In this document: positions 17,701 through 26,673 of the stretch, piece by piece
Position numbering within the stretch: the first letter of the stretch is position 1
Layout: every line of letters begins with the position of its first letter
DNA from: Candidatus Brocadiia bacterium
GTDB lineage: Bacteria > Planctomycetota > DG-23 > SLPQ01
Assembly (NCBI GenBank): GCA_007131925.1
Contig: SLPQ01000050.1
Location: 1-54,780, forward strand
Direction: 5' to 3'
DNA length: 54,780 nt
The notes under the pieces: generated by a model
The model's database searches: none
The model's input: only the letters and a program-made list of their open reading frames with translations
Told to the model about the DNA's origin: nothing
Position numbers and translations under genes: made by a program

Positions 17701-18499
17701 AGAGTCCGCCCACCGGCTTTATGTGCGCGGCATGCTGCGGGGCGAGGTCTCGGTTGTACCAGCCAAAGGCCACGCTGCGGCCCTTGCCCACCTCACGCAC
17801 GGCGGCGATCGGGTCGCCCTCAGCCGCTTCGATGATGATCTCCCCCCTGGCCTCATAAGGGTAATAGGCTATCTCGTCATAGTAGAGCGCGTCGAAGGGG
17901 ATATTGGCGGTTATGTAGTGCCCGGGCGAGGGGCGCCATATGCCGCGTTTCTGCTCTTTAACTGAGATGACAGGGTAGCCACCTTCGTCGACTGAGTCGT
18001 CGGGGCCGTTGACGAGCGGCGAGACCTCCGCCAGCTCCGGCGCCGCGTGCTCGCCCTCAAAGGGGCGCACGAGTACGAGCCCTGCGCCGTTTTTGACGCG
18101 CTCAACAATGGCTCGGCGCGCCTCCTGCGGCCAGAAGCCCCAGCCGTTGACCGACTGCAGCACGAGCACGTCGTACCATTCGTCACTGGTTAGAGCGTCG
18201 ACCATGTACGCGTATACCGTCTCATACTCCCATATCCTCACGCGCCTGTCGTAAAAGTCGCCGAAGCCCCACTTGTCGAGGTCCCAGGCGCGATCATGCG
18301 TTACCGCTGTAACATCAAGATCAAGCCGCTGCATCAGCTCGACAAAGTCACGTCCGCCCTTGACCGACGGGAGAAAAAAGGCCTTGATCGGTCCCTTCAC
18401 ATAGGGACGTGCCCATGGGACGTGCGGGGTGGGCACCTTTGTGGTGTACTCGATGTCCATGATCGAGGAGCCATCTTTCATGCGGCGGGAAGTGATCAT
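14723..18499 (-). CDS. 1258-aa multidomain protein, GH42-like glycoside-hydrolase region with beta-galactosidase-trimerisation-like modules; no signal peptide
   Basis: The central region LNDPGFLKEVHEKIVEVA...YYVQDEGSL...RKWLKKEYRDIRRLNSEWGTSFSSWEKV resembles the GH42 TIM barrel. FKLLIMPMSYALSDAEAREIKKFVKAGGRVIGD resembles the GH42 trimerisation (GATase1-like) domain. A similar module sits at the N-terminus: YDVLVLQSVNGWGFWPQEARRAIVERVKNGAGLVLV. AAGGAGG SD precedes the ATG. Confidence 0.65.
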   Translation of the reverse strand: MITSRRMKDGSSIMDIEYTTKVPTPHVPWARPYVKGPIKAFFLPSVKGGRDFVELMQRLDLDVTAVTHDRAWDLDKWGFGDFYDRRVRIWEYETVYAYMVDALTSDEWYDVLVLQSVNGWGFWPQEARRAIVERVKNGAGLVLVRPFEGEHAAPELAEVSPLVNGPDDSVDEGGYPVISVKEQKRGIWRPSPGHYITANIPFDALYYDEIAYYPYEARGEIIIEAAEGDPIAAVREVGKGRSVAFGWYNRDLAPQHAAHIKPVGGLSSNSDFWVGGFSECPWRYVEYVYAMLARAVVWASGKTPQAAIELGATTGERPVIEVTLSGRAKGMELDAVVRNEWGEKAAHIALDPDEVHGGRVDIEIPSEALGAGAHFGEVIARRNGKSVDWAAVRFDMPRRAAIESITPDAEIYEPGAPVTAEIEISGEGGPLRMEAAIVDAFDRVTSREYCDIRPGVATTVTLSRDGVMTPQMWVRVQLTEDGRKIDQKLSVRLTAVPDYDRNLHDAELVVAQYDRGRGDYVEAIRRQLMEFGATNGYYGYSKILAESGAEGGGIYWYHRAPYIEQKEKYLRTGNKKYLERKPCLNDPGFLKEVHEKIVEVASQGTRYAPLSYYVQDEGSLTCYRDQLDLCFGKHTLAAMRKWLKKEYRDIRRLNSEWGTSFSSWEKVTPMTIDEARAHGNLAPWADHRTFMEMAFADYFRLVRDSVREVDPDARIRLSGCQVSEPYTGMDYWRLHQVVEYFEAYGGGNQYEFHQSFAGPRTILGTWIGYGQKGRVSNHKIWDAYFHQIRLMSVFWEFAVINPDLTLSGSAEDMASTWKDLHGSGVSRMLFDAERDNSRIAVHYSYPSIHAAYGREKMERFNQARQGWLNILQDMGFQQSFLSRQQIENGDLIERRFKLLIMPMSYALSDAEAREIKKFVKAGGRVIGDLQTAVMDDHCKMRTSGALDDVFGIRRFNMRNEPFFINREPMRSDKLPEIDARQVQDASCRLEEPGVREEGGEALFHDDFSHYVPGFVINSFGKGRAAYLNFGVDVCAGEPDSAEGLALKKAIGEVIAWFGVKPIMQVTGSDGAPLDHVEMFGYRDGAVRYFAMLRENVGSDVRVAYDGIVHGAEEGDTVAEKIMVSLPVSGHVYDCIAKQYHGEGSSFETSIEPAEAKVFAVYPYRVKDMDIEVEPGGNLVSFAVEVLASKGTPKLHTIVMDVMDSEGVRHPLYSRNLQATRGKVSGSVEVSLEGESGIWKLAFTEAASGISKSVEVMVP

Positions 18500-18613
18500 T
18501 TGCGCCTCCTTGTCTTTGCCAAGAGCCCCCAGGATGTGTCTTCAGATATTACGTGGGCTCACCCTGCTGTAAAGCCAAAAGACATGGCAGATCCAAACAG
18601 CCCGAAGCTGCAC

Positions 18614-19735
18614 TCACAAATGCTCGCCCACCATCGTTCGAAAGCGTCCGAAGAGATGCCTGGCGTCGTGGGGGCCAGGCGCGGCCTCAGGATGGTACTG
18701 TACGCTGAAGGCCGGCATGTCAACGTGAGCGATACCCTCGACAGTGAGATCGTTGAGGTTGATCTCCGTGACGGCCACCTTCGATTTGTCCAGCGTGCCG
18801 GGGTCCACTGCGAAGCCGTGGTTCTGGCTGGTGATGTCGATCTTGCCGGTAGTGACATTCTGAACGGGATGGTTTGCTCCGTGGTGGCCGAACTTCAGCT
18901 TGAACGTCCTGCCGCCAAAGGCCAGACCCATAAGCTGATGGCCGAGGCATATCCCGAACGTCGGATATCGCGGCATCAGCCGCCTCAATGTATCGACGAT
19001 ATAGCCGAGCGCGGCCGGGTCGCCCGGGCCGTTGGAGACGAATATACACTGCGGGTCGAGCCGCTCTATGTCGCGCGCGTCCATTGTGGCCGGTACCAGC
19101 GTAACCTCAAAGCCGTAGCGCACCAGCAGCCGTGCGATGGTCGCCTTCATGCCGCAGTCGATCGCGACGCAGCGATATCGAGGCCTCGGCGCATCGGCCC
19201 AGTCGAGCTCGAGCCCTTCGCTCATGCCCTCGTCCCACAGGAGAGCCTCTCGCCTGGTCACCCTGCTGACCAGATCCGCCCCCGACATTAACGGTATTGA
19301 AAGCGCCTCTCTCTGCAGGCTCTCGATGTCGGCCTCGCCGCTCGACAGTACGGCGCGCATTGCTCCTGCAAGGCGGATGTGACGGGTGAGCGCCCGCGTA
19401 TCGACACCCGTGATGCCCGGCACGCCGCTTGCGGCCAGATATGCATCCAGCGTCTCAGTGGCGCGGTAGTTGGAGGCGACCCGCGAGAGCTCGCGGACGA
19501 CAAGCGCCTCAGCCCGAACGCCCCCCGACTCTACGTCGTCGCCGTTTACGCCGTAATTGCCGATAAGCGGACAGGTCATCGTGACTATCTGGCCCGTGTA
19601 GGAGGGGTCGGTGATGATCTCCTGGTAGCCGGCCATGGCGGTATTGAAAACGACCTCACCTGCGGCCCTGCCGGCTGCGCCGAATGACCGGCCGGGCCAC
19701 GCCGTGCCGTCTTCAAGCACGAGTGTTGCGTTCAA
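18614..19735 (-). CDS. carA: Carbamoyl-phosphate synthase small (glutamine amidotransferase) subunit
   Basis: GEVVFNTAMAGYQEIITDPSYTGQIVTMTCPLIGNYGVN N-domain. GATase triad context TFGICLGHQL and HPE. Confidence 0.95.
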   Translation of the reverse strand: MNATLVLEDGTAWPGRSFGAAGRAAGEVVFNTAMAGYQEIITDPSYTGQIVTMTCPLIGNYGVNGDDVESGGVRAEALVVRELSRVASNYRATETLDAYLAASGVPGITGVDTRALTRHIRLAGAMRAVLSSGEADIESLQREALSIPLMSGADLVSRVTRREALLWDEGMSEGLELDWADAPRPRYRCVAIDCGMKATIARLLVRYGFEVTLVPATMDARDIERLDPQCIFVSNGPGDPAALGYIVDTLRRLMPRYPTFGICLGHQLMGLAFGGRTFKLKFGHHGANHPVQNVTTGKIDITSQNHGFAVDPGTLDKSKVAVTEINLNDLTVEGIAHVDMPAFSVQYHPEAAPGPHDARHLFGRFRTMVGEHL

Positions 19736-19780
19736 TGCGGTGCGCCTTTCGAAAATGCTCCGGCAAGGACGGGCGCGCTC

Positions 19781-21112
19781 TCAGAAGTCGGTGGCGCCCG
19801 TGAAGGTGAAGGCCGATATCTTCACCGCCGGCACAAGTATAGCGCCCAGCATCGTCGGCTCAAGAGACCTCTTTGCAGAAAGGGCCTCGACGCGCGAAAA
19901 TGCCCGCGTCATGCTCTCGGTGAAGCGCATGTTTCTCACAGGGCCCACCACTCGACCATCTTCCACCAGAAACGTCCCGTCGCGAGTCAGGCCGGTCAGC
20001 ATGGCATTTGCCGGGTCGGCAACGTTCGTGTAGTGAAAGCGCGTGATGAGAAGCCCGCGCTGGGTGCCTGCGACCATCTCATCGATCGAGCTCGCACCCC
20101 GCGCCATGAAAAGGTTGGTCGGCAGCGGCCCGCGCGCATATGACGGGCCCAGGGAATGCCCCGTGGAGACGGTGCCGCTCTTTGCTGCATGGAGCGTGTC
20201 GTAGACCACCCCACGTGCGATACCGTTTTCTATTATGCTGACGCGCTGCTTGGGCACCCCCTCCATGTCGAAGGGGACAGGCATGCCCTCCTCATCGAGA
20301 CCATCATCCCATATGCTGACCGACTCGTGCATCTGCCTCTCACCGATGCGCCCGGACATGAAGGAGCGCCCCTCGATGAACCCCTGCGCGCCAAAAGCCA
20401 TGTAGGCTGTATATGCGAGCAGTTCAGCGACAGCCTGCGGTTCGAGGATGACCGCATATCTGCCCGGCTGGAGAGGGGCAGATCCGGCCGAGTCAAGGCA
20501 CTTGCCCAGCGCGACGCGTCCGATCCGTGCGATGTCCAGGCGGCGGCTCGACCAGGATATGCCCCCCGCATAACCGAAGCCGCCCTCCTTTGACACCACG
20601 GCGTTTGCACGAAACTCGCTTGAGCGCATGGTCGCATGCACTCCATTGGTGTTCATGACCGTAAGTACAGTATAGCGGTTCGAGACTATGCCGCTCGCAC
20701 CTGCACCGGCCTGTCGAGAGGGCTCGATGATCTCAGCTGCGATCGCTGCGCGCCGTGCGGGGGTGAGGGATGCTGTCTCCGGCGAGAAAGACTCGACCTG
20801 TGCGATGGGCCTCTCCGAAGGCAGTCCGGGAAAGTCGGCTGTCTCAGCAAGGCTCTCTGCGATCTCACGGGTCCTTCCAGCGAGTCGGCGGATGCCGGCC
20901 TTGGACGTATCGTTCGAGGAGGCGCATGCTACGCGTTTGCCGATGGCCACGCGCAGCGTGAGCCGCAGGTCGTGCTCGGCTACATTCTGGTGGATGATAT
21001 TGCCGGCAAAGCGTGTCAGGGCCGAGGGGCTCGCAATGACGATCGCTTCGACCTGGTCAGCCTTTGTTGAGGCAAGCGCCTGCATGGCGATGTTGCGGGT
21101 TCGCGCGATCAT
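19781..21112 (-). CDS. pmbA: PmbA/TldE-type peptidase subunit (TldD/PmbA family, lacks the HExxxH motif)
   Basis: Family-typical C-terminal blocks LITRFHYTNVADP...GLTRDGTFLVEDG...VRNMRFTES. ATG 21112 overlaps the tldD stop as ATGA (21109-21112). The track's 47-aa extension was rejected. Confidence 0.85.
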   Translation of the reverse strand: MIARTRNIAMQALASTKADQVEAIVIASPSALTRFAGNIIHQNVAEHDLRLTLRVAIGKRVACASSNDTSKAGIRRLAGRTREIAESLAETADFPGLPSERPIAQVESFSPETASLTPARRAAIAAEIIEPSRQAGAGASGIVSNRYTVLTVMNTNGVHATMRSSEFRANAVVSKEGGFGYAGGISWSSRRLDIARIGRVALGKCLDSAGSAPLQPGRYAVILEPQAVAELLAYTAYMAFGAQGFIEGRSFMSGRIGERQMHESVSIWDDGLDEEGMPVPFDMEGVPKQRVSIIENGIARGVVYDTLHAAKSGTVSTGHSLGPSYARGPLPTNLFMARGASSIDEMVAGTQRGLLITRFHYTNVADPANAMLTGLTRDGTFLVEDGRVVGPVRNMRFTESMTRAFSRVEALSAKRSLEPTMLGAILVPAVKISAFTFTGATDF

Positions 21113-22551
21113 TGGTACACCCCCACCCGGACGTTTCTGAAGCGCGCCGGCGCGGTCCCATGCCCGACTCGCGCGGTCTGACCGGGCTGGCCCTTCCCGC
21201 AGTTGGGCGTACCCCACATCACGTAGTCGTCTCTGCCGCACACCGCATCGCATGATGCCCAGAAGGAAGGCGTAATGCCTGTGTAGGATGGATTTTTATA
21301 GATTTTTGCGAGCCTGCCGGCCTTTATCTCGTAGGCGATCTCGGTGCCAAACTGAAAGTTGAGTCGCTTGTCATCGATAGACCAGGCGCGATTTACCGCC
21401 ATGTAAAGGCCGTCTTCGGTATCGGCCAGGAGATCCTCGAAGCTCCACCGGCCTGGCAGTAGATTTATATTTGTCATGCGCACAATGGGCATGCGCGCCC
21501 AGCCGTCCGCGCGCATGGTGCCGTTTGCTTGCCTGGAGAGCACCCCGGCCGTCTCGCGGCTCGTCATGAGGTCCTCCAGTATCCCATCGCGAATGAGGTG
21601 GACACGCTGCGCCGGCACCCCTTCATCATCGTATCCGAATGTGCCCAGGCCCTTCGGCTCGGTCGCGTCCGCCGTGATGCTGACATGATCGGACCCATAG
21701 CGATAGCTGCCCAGCATCTCCGGCGACACAAAGCTCGTACCGGCGTAGCCCGCCTCAAATCCCAGCACCCTGTCAAGCTCCGTGGGGTGGCCGACCGACT
21801 CGTGTATCTGCAGGGCAAGCTGGCCTCCCTCAAGGATCACCGTGCGCTCGCCCTCCGGCAGGGGTGGAGCTGTAAGGAGCGCGGCGGCCTCAGAGGCTAT
21901 CGGCCCGGCATTGGCGGTAAAGTCCATGCCTCGCACGAATTCAAAGCCCGCCGACTGAAAGTTGCCGCGGAACGAGTGCGGCCAGGAGCGCACTTGAGAG
22001 TCGCCATTTCCTACGGCTACGGCCATTATCCCGCCACCGCACTGGACTATGCGCTGCCTGATGTGAGCTCCCTCGGTGGATGCAAAGATGCGCCTTTCCT
22101 CGAAACCTTCGTACGTCGAGCGGCGCACCTTTACAGCCGGCTCAACGGCGAGGGCCTTGTCGGCAGACATGAGTATGCCTATCTTCTCCTCGAGCGGCAC
22201 CTCAAAGGGGTCTTCCTCGAACGGCGTCGTATACTCGGCCACCAGCGGCTCAGCGGGGGCAAGCTCAAGCCTCTCGGCCCGTGCCGCCCGCCCGGCGCTT
22301 GCGATTTTCACGGCCTCGCGGCACGCCTTGCCCACAGCACGCTTAGTAAGAGACGATGTCGCGGCAAATCCCCATGAGCCTTTGTAGATCACCCTGACAC
22401 CAATACCGCGCGAAAGGTGGGAAGTGACGGCATGAGGAGCGCCGTTTTTGACCTCGATAGACTCAACCCGCCTCTCGACAAGACGCGCATCACCGTATGA
22501 GGCCTTGAGCGAGCCGAGAACCTCACATGCGTAGAGCGGAAGATCTTCCAT
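21109..22551 (-). CDS. tldD: TldD metallopeptidase subunit
   Basis: Metal-binding motif QIHESVGHPTELD and C-terminal NCGKGQPGQ. ATG 22551 is preceded by GAGGG, and the N-terminus MEDLPLYACEVL... gives the usual ~480 aa length. Confidence 0.9.
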   Translation of the reverse strand: MEDLPLYACEVLGSLKASYGDARLVERRVESIEVKNGAPHAVTSHLSRGIGVRVIYKGSWGFAATSSLTKRAVGKACREAVKIASAGRAARAERLELAPAEPLVAEYTTPFEEDPFEVPLEEKIGILMSADKALAVEPAVKVRRSTYEGFEERRIFASTEGAHIRQRIVQCGGGIMAVAVGNGDSQVRSWPHSFRGNFQSAGFEFVRGMDFTANAGPIASEAAALLTAPPLPEGERTVILEGGQLALQIHESVGHPTELDRVLGFEAGYAGTSFVSPEMLGSYRYGSDHVSITADATEPKGLGTFGYDDEGVPAQRVHLIRDGILEDLMTSRETAGVLSRQANGTMRADGWARMPIVRMTNINLLPGRWSFEDLLADTEDGLYMAVNRAWSIDDKRLNFQFGTEIAYEIKAGRLAKIYKNPSYTGITPSFWASCDAVCGRDDYVMWGTPNCGKGQPGQTARVGHGTAPARFRNVRVGVYQ

Positions 22552-22996
22552 AGCTACCCTCAGTGACAGCCCCATTTTAGATTCTATCCCTTGTTGCGGC
22601 TTTGACAAGCGTCTTGCGTACTCCGGGCTGGCAGGCGCGATCCCCCGGCACTGCCGGGCCCACATGCACAGACGCGCGCCTACTCCGCCGAATAAGTTGT
22701 GTGAGGCATCTGAAATCCACCGCCCAGCGCAGATAATATGCGCGCTGTGTGGGGGCAGCGTCCAGAAAGGAGCTATACCTCTTGCCTTGCCGGTTTGTAA
22801 TGCAAGCCGCTGCCGCACTGTTTTCGCCGTCACAGACTTCGGACCAAAACTATCCGGGGCGCTTGCAAAGAAGGGGAAATGAGGGTACATTCTTTATGGA
22901 GCGTGGCAAACGGCAGGCCGATCGACGCTTCATGAGGACATCATCGAGATCGATGGGCCTGCGTGAGGAGCGCGTGGCACTCACCAGGGGACCATG

Positions 22997-23050
22997 TTGA
23001 CACGGGCGTTGCAGAGCCTTAAAAGAGGACTGCGGCCGCTTTGCTATAGT
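22997..23050 (+). promoter_or_regulatory. Promoter candidates for the HDOD-GGDEF gene
   Basis: First candidate: TTGACA (22997-23002), 17 nt, TAAAAG (23020-23025). Second candidate: an extended -10, TGCTATAGT, at 23042-23050. I cannot decide between them. Confidence 0.3.
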
Positions 23051-23070
23051 ATTGAAGCCAGGGGAAGTCA

Positions 23071-25050
23071 ATGCCAAAGCAGCATCCGGAGAGCCTTCCT
23101 GCCGGCATAGCAGGCAAGCTCAAGCACCTGCCGAGTATGCCGGTCGCGGCTGAGCGTCTGATGAGTGAGGTGCTCAAGCCCGAACCCGACACGGGCGAGG
23201 TCGTCAGGATAATCGGTAGCGATCAGGCCCTCGTAGGCCGGGTTTTAAGCCTCGTGAACAGCTCCTACTACGGGGTTCGCTGGAAGGTCTCGACAGTCGA
23301 TCACGCCGTGGGGCTTCTGGGTCTGCGCGCGATCGAGAGCATGGTTATCTCCCTTTCGGTTTTCGACATTCTCTCACCCAGAGGTGAGCACTCGCTGGAT
23401 CATGCCCTCCACTGGCAGCACAGCCTTGCTGCGGCGGCGGCGGCGCGTATGATCGCAGAGCGCGCGGGGTACCCGGTGCCCGAGGAGGCATACACGGCAG
23501 CTATCCTTCATGACGTGGGGCGGGCGGCTCTGGACATCTTTGCCCCTGAGGACTCCGCGCGCGCCATGGAGGCGCTCAAGAGCCAGAGCGGGGTTGGCGT
23601 ACTCATCGAGCGGGCCACAATAGGCATCGACCACGCTGGAGCGGGGCATTTTGTGCTGAGGCACTGGAACATGGACGAGAAGCTCATCGACGCCGTAGGC
23701 AGGCACCATGCGGAAGATATACTCGCCAAAAGTGATGGCACCCCCGCAGAGCTTGCAGGCATTCTGCAGGTAGCTGACCTTGCAGCGTGGGCGGCGGGTT
23801 TCGGCGGGCTCGATATGCCGCCGAAGCTGGCATCGGCCGAGGCGGTCCTTGCATTTTATGAGGGGCTGGACAATGCCGCCCTGCAGGCCGAGATGATCAC
23901 CGAGCTCAAGCGCACGGGGGAGCTTTTCGGACTGGAGTCGCCCGGTGGAGTCGACCTGGTCGCGGCACTCTCATCGGCGACCGCCCAGCTTGGGCGCGTC
24001 AGAGCGCTTCAGCAGCAGCTCGAGGAGCGACTCGCGCGCAAGACCCACGCCCTCGAGGCCATGAAGCGCTTAGCCGAATCGCGAGGCAAGGGTGGCGGCA
24101 GCGAAGCGGTCTTCAAGCGCATCCTGCCCGCCGTATGCGACGCGATGGGCACGGAAAGGGCTGTCTATCTTGACATTGACGCATCTACAGGTGCGATAAA
24201 GAGTGCTTTGGTTGAGGATGTCACAGGCATAAGCGGGGCTGTCTGGGATATAAGCCGGGACGCGCCGCGAAAGGATGAACCGCTCGGCAGGGCTATCGCA
24301 ACGGGTGAGGCCGTAATGCTCCGCTCAGAGAACGAGCGCGAGGGCCTTTTGAGCGCTTTGGGCTCTTGTGAGGCGGCGGCAGCGCCGGTCAGCGCGGGCG
24401 GCAGGGTGGAGGGTCTTTTGCTTACCGACAACTCAATCAGCGGCCGGGCGCTCAAGCAGAACGATCTTGAGATTCTCCATGTCCTGGCCGCTGAGGCTGG
24501 CATAGCGCTCGAAAATTCGCTGCTGCAGGAATATTCAGAGACCCTCAAGGCCCAGGCAGATACCGACACTCTCACAGGACTGGCCAACAGGCGCAATCTA
24601 CTCAGACAGCTCGAGGCTGAGATTCAGCGCTCGCGTCGCTACTCAAAGCCGCTGTCACTCGTCATGGTGGACCTGGACAGGTTCAAGGTCTTCAACGATA
24701 CTTATGGCCACCAGGCAGGCGACCAGATATTGAGATCGATGGGAACCCTGCTTGCAAGCTCATCGCGGACGATCGACACCCCCGGGCGCCTGGGCGGGGA
24801 AGAGTTTCTTGTGGTATTGCCGGAGACCGATCTTGATGAGGCCGTCATCTACGCTGAGCGCGTGCGCAGCCTTGTCGAAAAGCTCGGCGAGCGCCTCAAG
24901 GACCGCTACAGCGAGCACCCGCTCACAATCAGTGTGGGACTGACCTCATTTAACCACGAATACGACGACCTCGACTCTCTCGTCCGGCGCGTCGACAACG
25001 CTATGTACAGCGCCAAGAAGCGGGGCAGAAACCGCATTTGCTCCCTTTGA
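23071..25050 (+). CDS. HDOD-GAF-GGDEF diguanylate cyclase
   Basis: N-terminal HDOD pattern: LPSMPVAAERLMSEV...IIGSDQALVGRVLSLVNSSYYG...AVGLLG...HDVG. A central GAF-like region and a coiled coil follow. C-terminal GGDEF domain with DRFKVFNDTYGHQAGD and RTID-x5-GGEEF, i.e. an intact I-site plus A-site. Confidence 0.9.
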   Translation: MPKQHPESLPAGIAGKLKHLPSMPVAAERLMSEVLKPEPDTGEVVRIIGSDQALVGRVLSLVNSSYYGVRWKVSTVDHAVGLLGLRAIESMVISLSVFDILSPRGEHSLDHALHWQHSLAAAAAARMIAERAGYPVPEEAYTAAILHDVGRAALDIFAPEDSARAMEALKSQSGVGVLIERATIGIDHAGAGHFVLRHWNMDEKLIDAVGRHHAEDILAKSDGTPAELAGILQVADLAAWAAGFGGLDMPPKLASAEAVLAFYEGLDNAALQAEMITELKRTGELFGLESPGGVDLVAALSSATAQLGRVRALQQQLEERLARKTHALEAMKRLAESRGKGGGSEAVFKRILPAVCDAMGTERAVYLDIDASTGAIKSALVEDVTGISGAVWDISRDAPRKDEPLGRAIATGEAVMLRSENEREGLLSALGSCEAAAAPVSAGGRVEGLLLTDNSISGRALKQNDLEILHVLAAEAGIALENSLLQEYSETLKAQADTDTLTGLANRRNLLRQLEAEIQRSRRYSKPLSLVMVDLDRFKVFNDTYGHQAGDQILRSMGTLLASSSRTIDTPGRLGGEEFLVVLPETDLDEAVIYAERVRSLVEKLGERLKDRYSEHPLTISVGLTSFNHEYDDLDSLVRRVDNAMYSAKKRGRNRICSL

Positions 25051-25121
25051 GCGCTCGGCTAAAGCACCGCGTCACCAAAAGTCGATACTGATAGGTGCGC
25101 GGCGATGTAGCGGGAGGATTC

Positions 25122-26243
25122 ATGCCTTCGAAGGTCGAAAGAGCCTGGGCCGAGGTCAGCCTGTCGGCCCTTTCACACAACATGCGCCTGCTGCGCCGTA
25201 GCCACAACGGCCGGGCTGTCATTGCCGTAGTAAAGGCCGATGCGTACGGCCACGGCGCAGTAGAGGCTGCACGAATATTCGAACGCGAAGGCGTGGACCT
25301 TCTCGCGGTGGCCTCGCTTGAGGAGGGCCTCGAGCTGCGCCGGGCCGGCATCGTCACACCCACACTTCTGCTGGGGGCGTACACCGCCGACGAGTGCCGC
25401 GACATACTCGAATCAGGCCTGATAGCGTCGGTTTCAGGCTATGAATTGGCCGCGGCGCTGGCTTGTGAGGCCCGCAAGCTCGAGATGAGAGCACCCATCC
25501 ACATCGAGGTCGACACCGGCATGGGCCGGATGGGAGTGCCTGCCGAGCGCGCCATTGAGACCGTCGAGAGGATAAGCATGCTGCCTACGCTCGACCTTAA
25601 GGGCATCTATACACACTTCGCCGAGAGCGAGTGCGAGGACAAGACATTTACGCTGCACCAGGCGAACGAGTTTCGCCGAATCCTCGCGACGCTCGCCGCC
25701 ATGGGGGTGCCCTTTCGTTATCAGCACGCCGCCAACAGCGCCGCATGTCTCGAGGTGCCCGAAGGCATCTTCAACTGCATGCGCCCGGGCATTGCCCTGT
25801 ACGGCCTGCACCCCGGTCGGCGCGCGCCGGGGGATAAGGGGCTTCGCCCGGCGATGAAGTTTTCGGCGCGGGTGAAGTTTCTTGAAGATCATCGTGCCGG
25901 TAAGACCATCGGCTACAACCGAACCCACCGGCTGCGCCGCGATACGCGCCTGGCGGTGATCTCAGCAGGCTACGCCGACGGTTATGACAGGCGTTTTTCT
26001 GACAGCGCGTGCGTATTGATAGCCGGCAGGTATGCGCCGGTAGTGGGGCGCATATCCATGGACCTTACCAGCGTTGATGTCACTGACGTACCGGGCGTGA
26101 AGCCGGGCGATGAGGCGGTACTATTCTCGAATGACCCAGCAGCGCCCAACAGCGTCGAGCGCCTTGCCGAGCTCGCCGGCACCATCCCGCACGTGCTGAC
26201 CTGCGGTGTCTCAAGACGCGTCGGGCGTATCTACACTCCGTGA
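25122..26243 (+). CDS. alr: Alanine racemase
   Basis: AWAEVSLSALSHN...IAVVKADAYGHG (PLP lysine) and the C-terminal block GRISMDLTSVDV. GGGAGG SD before ATG 25122. Confidence 0.95.
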   Translation: MPSKVERAWAEVSLSALSHNMRLLRRSHNGRAVIAVVKADAYGHGAVEAARIFEREGVDLLAVASLEEGLELRRAGIVTPTLLLGAYTADECRDILESGLIASVSGYELAAALACEARKLEMRAPIHIEVDTGMGRMGVPAERAIETVERISMLPTLDLKGIYTHFAESECEDKTFTLHQANEFRRILATLAAMGVPFRYQHAANSAACLEVPEGIFNCMRPGIALYGLHPGRRAPGDKGLRPAMKFSARVKFLEDHRAGKTIGYNRTHRLRRDTRLAVISAGYADGYDRRFSDSACVLIAGRYAPVVGRISMDLTSVDVTDVPGVKPGDEAVLFSNDPAAPNSVERLAELAGTIPHVLTCGVSRRVGRIYTP

Positions 26244-26673
26244 CGGACCCTGTCCGCCCGACACGCCTATGCGAAAAACGCACGCACGAAAGAGACACAC
26301 CTCCCGGTGACAGAGGTGCGGCATCAATTCCAGCGGCCGGATGTCGCACCGCACGCCGCGGCAAGACTGTTCAGGTATTCCTGACAGTCGCATAACGACC
26401 AGATCCATCTCGCTCGAAAGTAAATACATCTTTCTGAATTATGTCTTTGCCTGTCTCGTCAGATCTTTTTCCAATATCCGCTCGACGCGGCTGCCGATGC
26501 ATCACCATCACATCAACTTGCCTCAGGCTACCTGCTTTTGCGTTGAGAGGAGCTGGCGACCATGCCGGGCAAAAAAGGTTGCACTGCAGCGCTTGGCATG
26601 TACCATGCCCTCTGGCCCTGCTGTTAACACGAGGGCACATTGCACGATATACTCCAGAGCAAAGGGATCCTTC

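Noticed and set aside
19781-22890. N-terminal extensions in the ORF track for pmbA (to 21253), tldD (to 22890), URO-D (from 26341), lysA (to 36261), sulfite reductase (to 44437), COG1900 (from 50275), hemA, both ahb-like genes, the BNR protein and phoA.
   Set aside because: The extensions are Arg/Pro-rich or low-GC and lack homology-like features. Conserved family N-termini begin at internal ATG/GTG codons that carry SD-like sequences or form ATGA/GTGA overlaps with the upstream stop.
22896-23000. 34-codon Arg-rich ORF (MERGKRQADRRFMRTSSRSMGLREERVALTRGPC) in the tldD/HDOD intergenic region.
   Set aside because: It has no SD, no conservation evidence available and a composition compatible with chance. 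It also overlaps the promoter candidate of the downstream gene.
26594-26609. Sigma54-type promoter match TGGCATGTACCATGCC (GG and GC elements at the correct -24/-12 spacing), 65 nt upstream of the URO-D-like gene.
   Set aside because: It is a single degenerate match (TGGCAT-N5-ATGC versus TGGCAC-N5-TTGC). No enhancer-binding-protein gene is nearby, and it cannot be distinguished from chance in GC-rich DNA without a TSS or comparative data.
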